Source of the DNA: Adineta vaga | Lineage: Eukaryota; Animalia; Rotifera | Direction of reading: 5' to 3' | NCBI GenBank assembly: GCA_021613535.1 | Contig: CP075494.1 | Location: forward strand, 4,526,001 to 4,590,000 | Length of the DNA: 64,000 nucleotides | Shown: piece after piece, positions 34,061 to 49,495 of the stretch | How the letters are laid out: each line of letters opens with the position of its first letter | How positions within the stretch are numbered: position 1 is the first letter of the stretch | The notes under the pieces: generated by a model | Databases searched by the model: none | Told to the model about the DNA's origin: nothing | The model's input: the letters and a program-made list of their open reading frames with translations, nothing else | Program-made: the position numbers and the translations under genes

Positions 34061-36473
34061 GCTGTATCTTACAATCGTCCAAAATTCTGACCAAATGCAT
34101 CTTGGAATCCAGCTGCAACAACGTTTGTCAGTCGTAATGTAATCGGTCCAAATCCAATGGAAGTTTTTGTTGATACAAACGATACAGTTTTTGCACTTGA
34201 TTTATTAGGTAATCCCATTGTTGTGTGGACAAAAGGAAATAGTACACCGAGCAGAATTATCTCCAATGATTTATCAAGTCCATATAGTCTTTTTGTTACA
34301 ACACTTGGTGATATATATGTCGATAGTAGTATGAGATTTGGACATATAAATAAATGGACGAGTAGTTCAACAATGTATACATGCGGTAAATGTAGGAATA
34401 TATTTATCAATACCGATGATATTCTGTATTGTTCAATGACCAATCAGCATCGATTATCACAAAGACATTGCAAAGTAATGGAAATGCATTGACCATTGTA
34501 GCTGGAACTGGAACTGCAGGAAACAATTCTTACGAACTACAATCTTCTCAAGGTATTTTTAGTGATGACAATTTGGATCTTTATGTAGTAGATTCTGATA
34601 ATCATCGGATTCAACTTTTTTCGTGGGGACAACTAGATGGGAAAAAACAGTAGTAGAAAATGGATTAGTAAATATTACAATTGCCCTCTCTGGTCCAACT
34701 GGAGTCGTTCTTCATGCTGACAAATATTTATATATTGTTGATAGTGGGAATAATCGTCTCGTTGCATCAGGACCTAATGGTTTTCGATGTCTGGTTAGCT
34801 GTTTCGGTCCATCAGGTGAAGTAACAGCCAATGATCTAATGTTACCATGTACTCTCAGTTTCGACAGTGCTGGGAACATCATTGTTACTGATATGTTGAA
34901 TGATCGAATTCAAAAATTTACTCCACAAACCGGTTTATGTGGTATGTACGTATTATCATAATTATTAACAAGAATCATTTCGGGTAGCTTGTTTTCTCTA
35001 TATGCACTTTTTGTCACGGCTAATGGCGATATTTATATAGATCATTAAATTCAAATATCAGTCATCCATTTATGAATATCAGTGAGCCATGTTTTGGCAT
35101 GTTTACCGATATTAATAATACTCTCTATTGTTCAATTTCTTATCTTCATCAATTTGTTACAAAATCTCTTCAAAGTACTTCAAATCTAACAACAATTGTT
35201 GCAGGAATCGGTTGTCAAGGTTCTAATTTAAAGATGCTCTCCTATCCTATGGGAATATATGTTGATATCAATTTGGATTTATATGTTGCTGATTGTGGAA
35301 ATATTCGAATTCAACTTTTTCAATCGACACAATTCAATGCTATAACAATAGCAGGAAATGGTGCAACAAGTACTATGGTTCTCAATTGTCCATATGACAT
35401 TGTTTTAGATGCTGATAGTTATCTTTTCATTGTCGATTCTAATGTAAATCGTATTGTTCGATCAGGACCAAGTGGCTTTTTGTATAGTTGGATGTCTTGG
35501 AACGAATGGTTTAGCAGCAAACGAATTGAATAAACCAACAAGTATGGCTTTCGATAGTTATGGAAATACCTTTGTTACAGATACTGAAAATAATCGAACT
35601 CACAAATTTCTTTTAGATATAAATCTATGCGGTAAATATTCAATTGAAAAGAGTTATACTTATCTAATTAAGAAATCTCTTCAATCATATAGATACTCAT
35701 ACGACGGAACAGTCAACTTCTAGAACAACAACAACAACAACAATATTCAAAGGTAAATTTTTGAAGATTTAATAGCGATATGTAATTATTTAATTGAATA
35801 GAAACTTCAACGAATCCGCAGTAATATCAACACTATCATCGACAGCCATTGTTTCAACAATCGATACAAGTACTTTTTGGATTCAACAGATAAGAAAATT
35901 ATTCAATTAAATGAGTTATATGAGTGTTCTCGTTTTCTGAAGAATTGATACGTCAACAAACAACAGATTTCATTGGTATAATTTCCATTGTTTTCTATCT
36001 AATGAAATTATCATTCTGTTTTTGTTTTAAGATTTCACTTCAATTTCATCAACAACAGGTTTATTCATAGCTACTCCATCGATCTTTGTTATGCTATTAT
36101 GTACAAATCGATCATCGATGACTTGGTGGAATAATGGCAAGTGATATTTTTATTTAATAAGGAAAACGTTTCTCGATTTTTCAGGTCAATGCAATATCTT
36201 GATGAATAACACATTTGAATGTCGATGTCAAGAAGGATGGAGTGAAAGTTATTGTCAAACAAAAATTAATTATCGTAAAAATGTTCAGTGTTTAAATTTC
36301 TATTATCGGTGTTTTCGTGTTTGTTTTTGTACTGGATACATTAAAATATCTATTCAGAATTGATCCAACAAAACCGAAATTAAACAAAAAACAACAAAGA
36401 AAAAAAGCGGCAACATCGTCCAATAATTCAAAAATTTAAATACGTCGATGCACCACATTTTCAAGATGTATAA
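34061..36473 (+). pseudogene. Fragmented NHL-repeat/EGF membrane-protein gene
   Basis: NHL repeats split over five short ORFs in shifting frames (34157-35723). Residual exons carry a Thr-rich linker, an EGF fragment (FECRCQEGWSESYCQ) and a TM/tail remnant. Confidence 0.7.
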
Positions 36474-36812
36474 TTCAACAGCGAATGGAAAACAACTTTC
36501 CTACGAAATATTTCTTATATTATACGCTCTCACTTTCAATATGTAAATTCTTGAAACAGAAATGAGTGGTCAATTAAAATAAATAAATATGCATCATTTT
36601 TAATTGGTTAGATAGATAAACATATGTGTTCTTTACTTATGATAACACGTTTCGTACTTTTTCTGCATTTACCTGTGACTATATATGACACATAATTGGC
36701 AAGGCATATCTGTTACTTTGATTTCCTTATGAATGAAGACGTCAACATAAACACGCCCGTTATTTTATCATTCAACGTGTTTCGTTATCGAAGGTATAGA
36801 ACGTTATATGAA

Positions 36813-39800
36813 ATGAATAGCAATCAATTTTTAGAAGTGATCCTTCCACATCGATCATCAGTGAAATCATTTCCTAATACGAAACATTCAAGCATCTCTT
36901 CAATTGATATTCAAGATTATCCGCAAGAATTAAAATCGAGAAAGCGTTCTTCTGAAATTCGTCGATCGACCAATACTGAAGAGCATTCAAGCGATGATGA
37001 TGATGATGATGAAGAGTTATCAACTCAACAAAACCGGCGATTCTCTTCACAGATCAATCGTACACGTCGTCGAAGTTCTATACAATCACTTATATTACAA
37101 CCACGATCATTATCATTACACAGATCTAATATCCATATCATTCCTATGAAATCGAAATGCATTACAGTTGATCCAAAATCTTACAAAGACTTACGAGGTC
37201 AAACATTAATACATTTAGCTGCTCGTCTTGGTTATGATGCAATTCTTCGTCTATTAGTTAATGAAACATCACAAACAGCTACACTAGTGAATAAACGAGG
37301 ACAAACACCATTATTAACAGCAATTGAAGCAGGTTCAACACATACCGCAATCCTACTTATGGAATGTGATCCACGATCTCTCATTGTAATGGATGATCAT
37401 CGATCGAACGTTTTTCATTATGCATGTGAATATTCTAACGATGTTGTACTTAATCGAGCGATTGCTCTTCTCAATCGATTCAATTCGTCAACGGATCGAC
37501 TTACTGTAAGTTCGTTAATTCTTTAAAACAATGAATAATAATTGTATTCTATATAGGGTTTGAAACGTCTTACAGAACGAAATCATTCGGGTAAAACTGC
37601 ATTTGATATTGCTATATGGAAAGGTCAATTAAAATGTATGAAGCAATTTCTAACTTCATCTTGGTTAAATAATCATATTGATATTGGAGAATTGATTAAT
37701 GCTGATTCATTGAAAAATGTTATTGATCAAAATCAATTTGATATTTTATCTTTTCTTATTAATGATATGAAACGATTAGCTTATATTATTCGTTTACTAA
37801 TCGACATCGATGGACAATATTTCAATCTTGTAAGTTTAATTCTCTTGAAATTGAAAATGAAATTCTCTTTTCTAGCTTGAATATGCAATATTCCTGAAAA
37901 AGAACGATATCATTCGATTATTAGTTAGTGTTCATATCCCTACAGAACATTACATCTCTCGTCAAGAATATAAATTATTTTTACGAAATTATAATCTACC
38001 ATTCATTCAGTCTGGTTCATCTTCGTTTTATCAAACACCAATTCAACGAATGTTAACAACACCTGAATGTATTTTGTTAGTTCCATTGTTACTTGAACAA
38101 TTCGTAGATGATAATGGAATTGATTTATCTGTTATTGATGATTGTCTGTATAATCGACCGAAAAAATCACGATGTATTTTTGGACGAGGAAAGAATTTCT
38201 CCACTCGAGATTGGTTACAACAACATCCATTAGGTAATTATAATGTAGATAAGATTTCAAAGATATGGATTCTCATTTTTTTATAGCTTTAATTGCAAAA
38301 GCCAATTGTAAAGCAATTTATGATCATCAATTTGTTCGAATGTGTGTTGATTTAAAATTTAATCTTTTTGGAAATTTTCTCTATTTTTTCATTCTTGGTT
38401 GTCAATTATTTTATGTTACACTTTATACAGGTGTGACATTAGGTTCACCAACACCAGCAAATCAAGGTACAAATTATTATCAAACAATGAATTATTCTTG
38501 TCATGATCTATGTATCAAACTGGTTAATGATTCAAACAATCCAGCACAAAATCAACCAGGAATGCATACATTACGTCTTATTTTATTAATTATATCTTGT
38601 TTGGGTTTAATCAAAGAATTCTATCAAATGTTTACACAACGTGAAAAATATTTTCATCGATTTTATATAAATCTCATTGAATTACATATATATGTAAATG
38701 ATAGAAATGATTTGACAATTCAGTAGTTTGTTTTTCCTTATAGGTTAGTGCCATAATCTATTCTGCTGATATAGATGAATGTACTCGTCAAACGGGTATT
38801 CGATGTTCAACTCAATGGATGACTGGTGGTATAGGACTTCTTTCTGTTTGGACATCATTATTATTAGTTGTAATGAATGGAATTAAATTTGGCAAATATG
38901 GTCTTCTTTTTATTACAGTTTTTACAACATTTCTTAAATTTATCGCTGTTTATATATTCATTTGGATTGGTTATATCTTAGCATTTTATATGATCTGTAA
39001 AGATATAATGGAACAATTTTTACCTTTTAATTTTATACCTAAATTATTAGTGATGTTCATTGGTATTCAAGTGATTATATTTGATTAAGAAAATAGAAAG
39101 TTTTTCTTTTGTTTAGGTGAATATGATATGGATAGTATATTTTTTTCGAATAATAATCAATTAATGCCTGGCGCAGAAGGTGCATTGATTCTTTATAGTG
39201 CATTTATTTTTACGATGTTTATTGTCATGTCAAATATCATGGTGAGTTAATTAATTATTCATTAGGAGATTGAGTTAGATGTTCTTTAGGGTGGTCTTGC
39301 CGTCGCCGATGTGAAAGAATTTCGTCTGAATGCAAAACGAGAACATTTAAGATCTCGCATTGATGTTATTCTAGGATTTCAGGCTTATCTAGGTGGATTT
39401 TGTGAAACAATTGGTTCCATAACAATGAAATTATGTAAAAATAGAAAATGGCATGATTTTTTAAAACGAATCTATCTTATTCGACCGAAATATCATTTGG
39501 AAAAACTTCATGTCACATCAGATCTTGTGAATATTCCACATCGTATCAGTACTTTATCACTAATGATTCCAACAGATCATTTCTCAGCTATATCTAGACC
39601 GAGAATATTTGAACAAGTACATCCACAAATGGCTTTCTATATTCATTGTCAAGCTGCTCGAAATACTTGTTTATCTCATACAGATGAAACTATGATATTA
39701 TCAAAGACAAATGATGAAATTAGAGACACTTTAGAAGAATCAGTTATACGAACAAATAATGAATTAAGAAAAATTGCATTAAATTTACAAAATGAATTAG

Positions 39801-39829
39801 AAGATATCAAACGACGCATTACTTCATAA
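36813..39829 (+). CDS. TRPA-like ankyrin-repeat cation channel (7 exons)
   Basis: Ankyrin repeats (GQTLIHLAA, GQTPLLTAI), pore MFIGEYD, S6 MSNIMGGLAVADV and a C-terminal coiled coil. In-frame introns at 37506-37556, 37830-37875, 38234-38286, 38694-38743, 39063-39116 and 39242-39289. Confidence 0.85.
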
Positions 39830-40653
39830 GTTATTAAGAAAATAAAATATATTTTGCGGATAATGAATGTTGTCGTCTTCTTCTATAGCCTTACCTTCAC
39901 ATTCATCCTGTTATCCTTTATCTATTGTTTGAGCAAAAAATTGTTTTCTTTTTTATTAAACTTGAAATCTAATGAAATATAGTATAATATCTTTAGAAGA
40001 ATTTTGTCTTCCTACCTTAGATATCCACTTATTTTTTTCTAACATACAAAGTTCCATCTGTGTAAGTAAAATAAAGAACTTTATTACGATGACAATGTGT
40101 ATTTATTGGAAGCGAAGCATCCTAGTACAAAAAGAAAATAATGAAAATTTAAATTCAACTAAGTATATAAGGGTATATACTCATAACTTCGTAGACTTTA
40201 ACGATAGATATTAACTAAGCTAAATAGTATTGAAACCGTTGCATCACTACTAGGATATCACTGAATCATTTTAATGCATGAATAAACTCAATTACCTTTT
40301 TCGAAAGCTGTATCAATGACGTCAATCCAACAAAAAATTCCAACTTATAGTCTATCGCAAATATGTCACTTCTCATCTGCACGAAAACAAATATTCACTA
40401 ACAGCGGGTTTAGTCATGTCTTTCATACATACGTCAATAGCTTGGATACGACATGAAATCATTAATCAAAAAATAGCTCTTATTCATCCTGTCATTGCAG
40501 TCACTTCCCTTTCTTATATACACAGCAATTACATGTGAAAAATCCCGATTTTCGTTGAGGATATATAAATACCGTAAGCAAAACAGCATATCATCAGTTA
40601 TTTATAATACACCAGCGCATCGTCAACAATTACTTTGAATTCATTTACGAGTC

Positions 40654-41574
40654 ATGTTCTTATCCAATGGTCCAATAGAGCTTATAGGTATATCGATTTT
40701 TGCCATAATTTTGAGTACATGTGATGTTCAAAGTCAAGCCACTAATCCACCAACCATTTCATGTTCTAGTTCTCAATTAGTATGCGGTGGACGTGCTTGT
40801 TATGATCCCACTACGCAGTATTGCACTGAATTTGGTACAATTGTTCAATGTATTGCTGCCTGTGGAAACCAATGCTACAATTCTGCAGTTCAACAATGCT
40901 TCAATGGCACACTATGTTCACTCGGTCAACAATTGTGTAGTATTAAGTATGACGGTGTATATGGTACTCCATATGGTTCATCATATCCTAGTTGTTATGA
41001 TCCAAAATATCAATTGTGTTTGAATAACTTCCTTTGTGACGCAGCGCGAACCTGTAATGGACGCTGTTTAGGAATCAGACAAGTATGTGCTGACAATACA
41101 ACGATTTGTAACGTTACAAATAACTATCCTGTTTATCAAGCGAATCAGATAAAACTATGCAATGGCATTTGCTATGATTCTGCAAATCAACAATGTGTCG
41201 GTGGATACGCTGTAAACTGTATACTTGATCCATTTACTCAACAATGTATTAATCAACGCACTGTTACTGTTATTACTAACACAGCATCTCCAACTACAGC
41301 ATCATGTATCTCATCGAATTGTTGTTTAATTACAGACTGCACAATAGATGCTGACTGCTGCGTTCAAAGCACTGAATGTCAATGTTTTAAACATAATAAC
41401 GACGAATATGGTCTATGCTTAAATCCTAACGAACAGCCAATTTGTGCTAAAGGTTGCTCTACCCAACGACAATGCAAAAGTGATACGGACTGTTGTAAAT
41501 GTAAATGTGGTCGGGTAACAGTAACGGGTACAAATGGAAGTTCTGTCGTCAAAAAACAATGTGTACCACGTTAG
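40654..41574 (+). CDS. Secreted cysteine-rich protein with CBM52-like repeats
   Basis: Signal peptide; repeats CGGRACYDPTTQYC, CGNQCYNSAVQQC and CNGICYDSANQQC; Thr-rich linker; knottin-like C-terminus. Confidence 0.6.
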   Translation: MFLSNGPIELIGISIFAIILSTCDVQSQATNPPTISCSSSQLVCGGRACYDPTTQYCTEFGTIVQCIAACGNQCYNSAVQQCFNGTLCSLGQQLCSIKYDGVYGTPYGSSYPSCYDPKYQLCLNNFLCDAARTCNGRCLGIRQVCADNTTICNVTNNYPVYQANQIKLCNGICYDSANQQCVGGYAVNCILDPFTQQCINQRTVTVITNTASPTTASCISSNCCLITDCTIDADCCVQSTECQCFKHNNDEYGLCLNPNEQPICAKGCSTQRQCKSDTDCCKCKCGRVTVTGTNGSSVVKKQCVPR

Positions 41575-41809
41575 TTCTCATAAAAAACATGAACTATGCA
41601 TTTTTATTTACTTTTATCTGACTGTCCTTTCATACAAAGAGTTTGCATACATTCTTTCTAATTTTATTGTATCAATTACTTTTCGTAGTTACCTTTTTTT
41701 CATTATTTCAGTTTTCCAAGCTTTTGATGTGATCTAAATAGAAATATTGGTAAAGGCAATAATTAAATAGACTTTTATTTTTAGTATTTTGACGAAAATG
41801 GTTTATAGT

Positions 41810-42568
41810 TTAATCACTAACGAAAACCGTTCGATTATTTAATGGTTGCACCGGTCGATACACTTTTCTCATCAAATTTTGACGAAGTTGATTCAAACTT
41901 TCTTCTTTTATCGGAATTGTATCTGTAAATATTGTCCATATTACCCCTTCTGTACATGGTGGTGTTGTTAAACTTCCGATATAACGAAAGAATTGCCGTT
42001 CATTTGCTCGCATCAGTTGACTAAGATTGAACATACATTGAATTGTATCATTGATGTTGATTAATTGACTGGCAGCATCACAATATTTTTCCCATTCAAG
42101 ATTTTCTTCATACCAACGATCTGTAACAGTGAAGAGAAATGCAAAAACAGCGATTTGACCAGTTCCATGATTTTTGAAAACAATATGCGCTTCAGCTGGA
42201 TAACGTCGTCCATTAATTTCATGTTCTGAACCATGACGATCATTTCGTCCCCAATGTAGATGAAAATTGAGAAAATAAAATTTTCCTTCGATACCACCAC
42301 CTGTAAACCATAGATCTCTGCCACTTTGTCCATAGGTATGATCAGCTAATGTCGCTGCAACTTGATGTCCATTGTTAACTAATTTGAATAGTTCATTCGA
42401 ATTATATCTTTGAGAGAATTCAAATGGTGGATAGGAGTGAATAATAAGTTCGTTTGTTCTGATGTCGATTGGTGATTGAGATAGTCCAGCAGCAGATGGG
42501 AAATACTTTGACCATTCACATGGATCATCATAACTCCAAAGATCATCAGATTTTTCAATACAAGACAT
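41810..42568 (-). CDS. Alpha-carbonic anhydrase (copy 3, inverted)
   Basis: Nearly identical to copy 1 except at the termini; all motifs intact. Confidence 0.95.
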   Translation of the reverse strand: MSCIEKSDDLWSYDDPCEWSKYFPSAAGLSQSPIDIRTNELIIHSYPPFEFSQRYNSNELFKLVNNGHQVAATLADHTYGQSGRDLWFTGGGIEGKFYFLNFHLHWGRNDRHGSEHEINGRRYPAEAHIVFKNHGTGQIAVFAFLFTVTDRWYEENLEWEKYCDAASQLININDTIQCMFNLSQLMRANERQFFRYIGSLTTPPCTEGVIWTIFTDTIPIKEESLNQLRQNLMRKVYRPVQPLNNRTVFVSD

Positions 42569-43634
42569 TTGAAAATACTGTACGACCTACACTGCTATAC
42601 CAATGAAATAACAGGTATAATGTTTTTTTCTCTCAAAACACATGTATTGCACGTTGCTATATGTTTTTATGTATGAAGTAACGCCCATATAATTTATTTT
42701 GAATAACACCAGAAGAAAGAGAAAAGGTTATTACAAAAAAGTACATAATTTTTCTTTCAATGATAAATGGTATATTGATGACATGTTCTTTGGTGTTTAA
42801 TATACACAAAGGATACATCTCATATCGACTGAGGAAGCAGTAAGCTAAAGAAAATGTGTTTAAAAGTTGTTGTCGTCAAAACAAAATAAAGAACATTACT
42901 GCCTGTTTGAATTTTAATTCGTCAGAGAGTCGATTCGAACACATACTCGTTTAATTAGATTTATTTATTGAATTTGTACTATCTATTTGATATCTTTCTT
43001 GCTGAGTTAGAAAAGTGTTCGGATCAATAGAAGGGTACTTTTATGGAAGTGAAAAGTGAGCCCTGTTTTGCATAGGTCTGGAGGAAACGTTTATATTCAA
43101 ACGATATTTTTCATTTTGATAAGAATAACGGTGATCACACACACTTCATTCATCTTTTACATTCATGAACAATATTTCTTTTTTATTACAAAGTATGATA
43201 TTGGAAAGACGCAACATCACTAGTTACTCACGATGCAGTTAACGAAATCGTCGTGGATGATGAACTATTTTAGTGCTGGTCACAGTTTTTATTGTGACTG
43301 CTCTTGTTGTATGGTTGTCGATTGTTACGATCTGTGTATACATACACTAATATCATATCTATCTATTTCTTTCATTCTCTTTTGTGTTTATGTACTAGTC
43401 GGTTGTTTATTCTATTCGAACTTGCATATAAATAAACAAAGGACAGATCATTAACATCGATGTTGTAACACGTGTCGATTTTGTAGCATTTTCCGTTGTT
43501 GTTTTCAACGTAGTTGCAGCAGTAGTAGTTTCTGTTGCTGTTTTCGACGTAGTTGCAATAGTAGTAATTTTTGTTGTCGTGGCTGTTCCAAGAAATAAAG
43601 ATGAATCGACACTTTGTATCCAGTTGTAGGAGAT

Positions 43635-45247
<1,613 letters not shown>

Positions 45248-45762
45248 ATTTTATTTTACTACTTTCATATGATGTACAGGTAAAAAAAAACATTCACTTT
45301 ATATATAGATATTCGTCAGTAAAATGACTCATGAATTCCTGCTTGTTATAGGGACGTTAACTGGAAAGAAATGCAACAGTCTGCTATGTTTACTTGTTCT
45401 CTCAATGTACTATTTTACATGAACCTTCATGTACTTTTATAATATTGTTGAAGCTAAAATGAATGTACTCTTTCGTTTAGTTTACTTATATTCTCGACAA
45501 GTACGATGTCGTGACTATGTCGTATAATCAAAGGAAAAAGAACGTTCTTCACGAAATTATATTTACTTAATGTAAAGAAAAAGATATAGCTACCGTTTTT
45601 ATTGACAAGAAAAACTGAGAAAATAGTATTAGAAATAAACAAAAAAAAATGATATTATTGATTTCCAAGTTCCACAATGATGAGAGCATGAATACAAAGT
45701 AATACTCATACCCACACCCCATACTTTTCAAACAACATATTAACTATATAACTATACGAAGT

Positions 45763-48154
45763 TTATCGTGTTCTATTGAAAGAAGTTGCATTAATATTGA
45801 AGAATATGTTTATTGTTTGATCGTTGAGTCCATAAATTTTTGGCATCCAAGTGGTTGTAGCAAGAAAAATCATTAGAAAAGCAATAATATTCATTACAAT
45901 ACCAGTTTTAATCTAAACAAAAGTTAGAATTAATGTTCCTATTTATAAAGAAATCTTCCTACCATATCAATTACACGAATCGTTCCACTAGCAAAAACAA
46001 TGGCATTCGGTGGTGTTGCTAAAAGATATGAAACGTAATTTATTCGATGACATTCGCTTATTCTGTTGTATTCTATATTTACCAATCGGTAACATAAACG
46101 CCATAGAAACAGCTAATGTACAAGGAAGAAGAAGAAACGCTGGATGAATATTCGAGGAACGTGCCTATGAACAAAAGACTTGTCCATTCTTTGAAAGCAA
46201 ACATTTGAATAACTTACTACTGAATCAAGAATTGGAAAGAAGATACTTGCTGTACTAATATTTGATGTTACTTCTGTGAAAAGGCCACTGATAAGTATAA
46301 CAAGGAAAATGACTGCTGCACGAGGTATTCCAGCTAAGAATCGTAGTGCATGTGCAACACTGGCAGATAGTTTTGAAACTTGAAATGCTGATGCAACGAC
46401 AAGACCAGCACCAAGTAATAACAATGCACCCCACGGCATATGTTTTGTTAAATGAATCCATTGAACAATGGGTTCATATTTCCAATTATCTAAATAGAAA
46501 TTTCAAATCTTATAAAACTTTTTATGGAATTATTCTTCTCACTTTGAAATGGATTTGTATTTGGTAAAATCAATGGAAGTATTCCACAAAGTATTGCTAC
46601 AGTTCCATCACTGATATATTTATGTCGAAAGATAATTTTCCAACCGGGCACAACAGAAAAATCTTTAGTTACCCACAAAAGAATCAGTGAAATGAAAAGA
46701 ATTCCAACACAGATTTCACTCCATCTGGAAACAGATGAACATTTCATCAAATGAAATTTTTTGTTTGAATGTTCAACTTTACTTTGGTCTTCCAAGATCA
46801 TTGTATTGTTTAATTAACATTTCTTTTAAATTAGTTTGTGCTGCACGAGTTTCTGTATCTAAACGAAATGTAAATAATCTAAGACAAAAAAGCATTGATA
46901 ATATTTATTAAAAATTTCTTCGAACTCTTTTCGATTATAAGTAATCTGTAACCAAAGCCAACATAAAACCAACATTAAGAACGCTGTTGGAAAAGCAAAG
47001 AGAAGAAAATCAAGAAAATTAATACGAAAGATCGTGCTCTTGTATTGACTAAAAAAGAATAGTTAAATATAACGAAGAAAAAAAGCAAATTGTTTATCTA
47101 TTCCTAATTTATTCACTTATCAATGAAACCTTTCAAGAAAATATTTGGTGCTGAACCAACTAAACTTGATATACCACCGATGGAAGCTGAATAAGCAACA
47201 CTAAGAAGAAAACCTGAATGGAAATAAATTGTTTTACTCTTCGAAAGTTTGCATTTCCAAAATTTACCTTTTTTCAGATTTTTATACTTGTTTTCATCGA
47301 ATTCCATGATCGTCGATCGATTAGAAAGAATAGGAAGAGTTCTTCTAAATAGAATCAAAATAAATCGATGTATTGAAATTTCAGATGATTATATTATTAT
47401 ACTTACATTTCTTTAGTTAAATCAAGCACATCTGTGCAAAAATATAAGAATGTACATGTCTGTATTTTTCATATTATATTCGTTTACCATGGATAGTATT
47501 AGCAGTTACTTTACTATGTTGTTCTAATTCATTGGTGATAGCTAATGCCACTGGTATCATAATTGATGTTGCTGCTGTATTATTCATCCACATTGAAAGG
47601 AATGCCGTCACTCCCATAACTCCAGCCATTGACCTAAATATCATATAAAGGATGTCTTTTTCTAAAGTAATAACAATACCATTTTGATGAAGTACCAACA
47701 AAACTTAAGACGAATAATGCAATTCGTCGATGAAGATTGACAGTTTCAACTGCAAAAGCAAGTGACATACTTCCAAAAAATAGTGTAATAATATCTTTAA
47801 AATAATGAGGAGCAACTATGTCAGCAGGTAGTATACCAGCCTAAATATGATGAATTTATATTAAAAATATATGAGCTTACTTTAATTATTTACCATTGGA
47901 AAAAGAGCAAGTGGCAAAAGAGAAGTAACAGGCAGAGGGATTGCTTCGAAAACCCAATATATAGTTAGAATTAGGACTATATAACCACATCTTGCTTGCT
48001 AGAAGAAAATGATTAGATAGATCATAAATATAAACGAGATTATTTAACATACCGAAGATTTTCCAATAATTGGTAATGGAAGAAGAATTAATGGTGTTAA
48101 TAGAACGAGTAATAAACGCCATCGTTGTTTCAACCAATTTATTTGGTGAAACAT
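45763..48154 (-). CDS. SLC13/DASS sodium:sulfate or dicarboxylate symporter, multi-exon
   Basis: EAIPLPVTSL, SMWMNNTAAT, LVGSAPN, TEVTSNISTASI and FMLPIATPPNAIVF motifs across short exons. Confidence 0.9.
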
Positions 48155-48745
48155 TATTCGAAAGACTTTAATAAAAGAACAAAATACAAATTGATTTTGT
48201 TTCTTCGAAGGTTAAGACTAATAAATATCATATCTTATCAATTATTAAAAAACACGATATATATGTATAGAGAGAGAGAGAGAGAGCATAAACCAAATGT
48301 TAACAGATAAGACGATGTCTATTATAAGAATATGAATGTAATGCTAATAGTTCACATTCGAACGTTTTTTTAAATATTTTTCTTGTATTTAAGATAAATG
48401 AGTATGTGATTAAAAATAGAATATCTTTTATCGAATTTAAATGAGAAGTCTTTTAGGAACGAAAAACTATTGGTTACAAAATGCCAAAGATATGAAACTG
48501 AGACAAAGACTTTTATTAACAGTGTTCAAAATCTAACACTCATGGTATCTATCCAATGAATTGATATAACTTGTAAGATAATCATTGGCTAACCATGTCT
48601 AGTTTTTATTTCATATCTTTGCAAGAATCGAGTAAAGATTTATATAGCGCTCTTGAATAATTTATTAGACTTGAAAAGTACCTTTGTTAACTGTCAGACA
48701 ACTAGTTGGCTAGAAAGTATTAGCAAAACTATACGATGAAAAGAT

Positions 48746-48808
48746 ATCTTAAGGGTGTGGGTGGGTTTGCGTCTTATCTTAGAATCTCCACACCCACACC
48801 CTCAAGAT
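48746..48808. repeat. Short inverted repeat with GGGTGTGGGTG arms
   Basis: ATCTTAAGGGTGTGGGTG ... CACCCACACCCTCAAGAT, 17/18 complementary. A related sequence lies at 16742-16793. Confidence 0.65.
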
Positions 48809-49495
48809 GCCGTTACTATTTGTTGGTTCTGAAAATTTTTCTTCAAGCATTACGATCATTTTATTGCATTATTTATACACCTTGATGAAAGTATGTATTT
48901 ACAATATTCAATGATTTTATTCTGTTACTCATTCAGTAGAGAATATACTACATAGTTTACAATCGAGTAACTGTCTTGACGAGAAGAGAAAAAAATCAGT
49001 TGTATTTTGCTTGTGTAAATACTGAAAACTTGAGAAAACAAAAGAAAAAAATTTTTTTTTAACAAACAATATGTGTTGATCGATGTTGCTTATAATCATT
49101 ATACTTTCTACCAAATAGATAAAAACATCGATGGCAATCAAGTAGTATATTTCTATCGAATATAATTTTGTCCTTCCGTTCTGTTACTAACACATTCTTT
49201 TTTCTATCTAGATATTTGCTTCCTTTCACTCGTCCTTCCTTTTTTCTTGAATAAACAATTCGATTCGTTCTATAAATCTCTTGAATTTCTCTCGTTTTAT
49301 CACACACCAAAAATGTGTCTTTATATGTGTTACGTAGCAGTAAACGAGAGCAAACGTTTTTTTTTAAATTTCTGACTAAAACTAAGTCTTGCGATTGAAT
49401 TACTTATGATTGTTATGTACGCGTGTATTTTATGCGATCGTATTTCTTTTGACGAAATACAATTATTGATTTGTTTCACTTGAGATTACACTACA

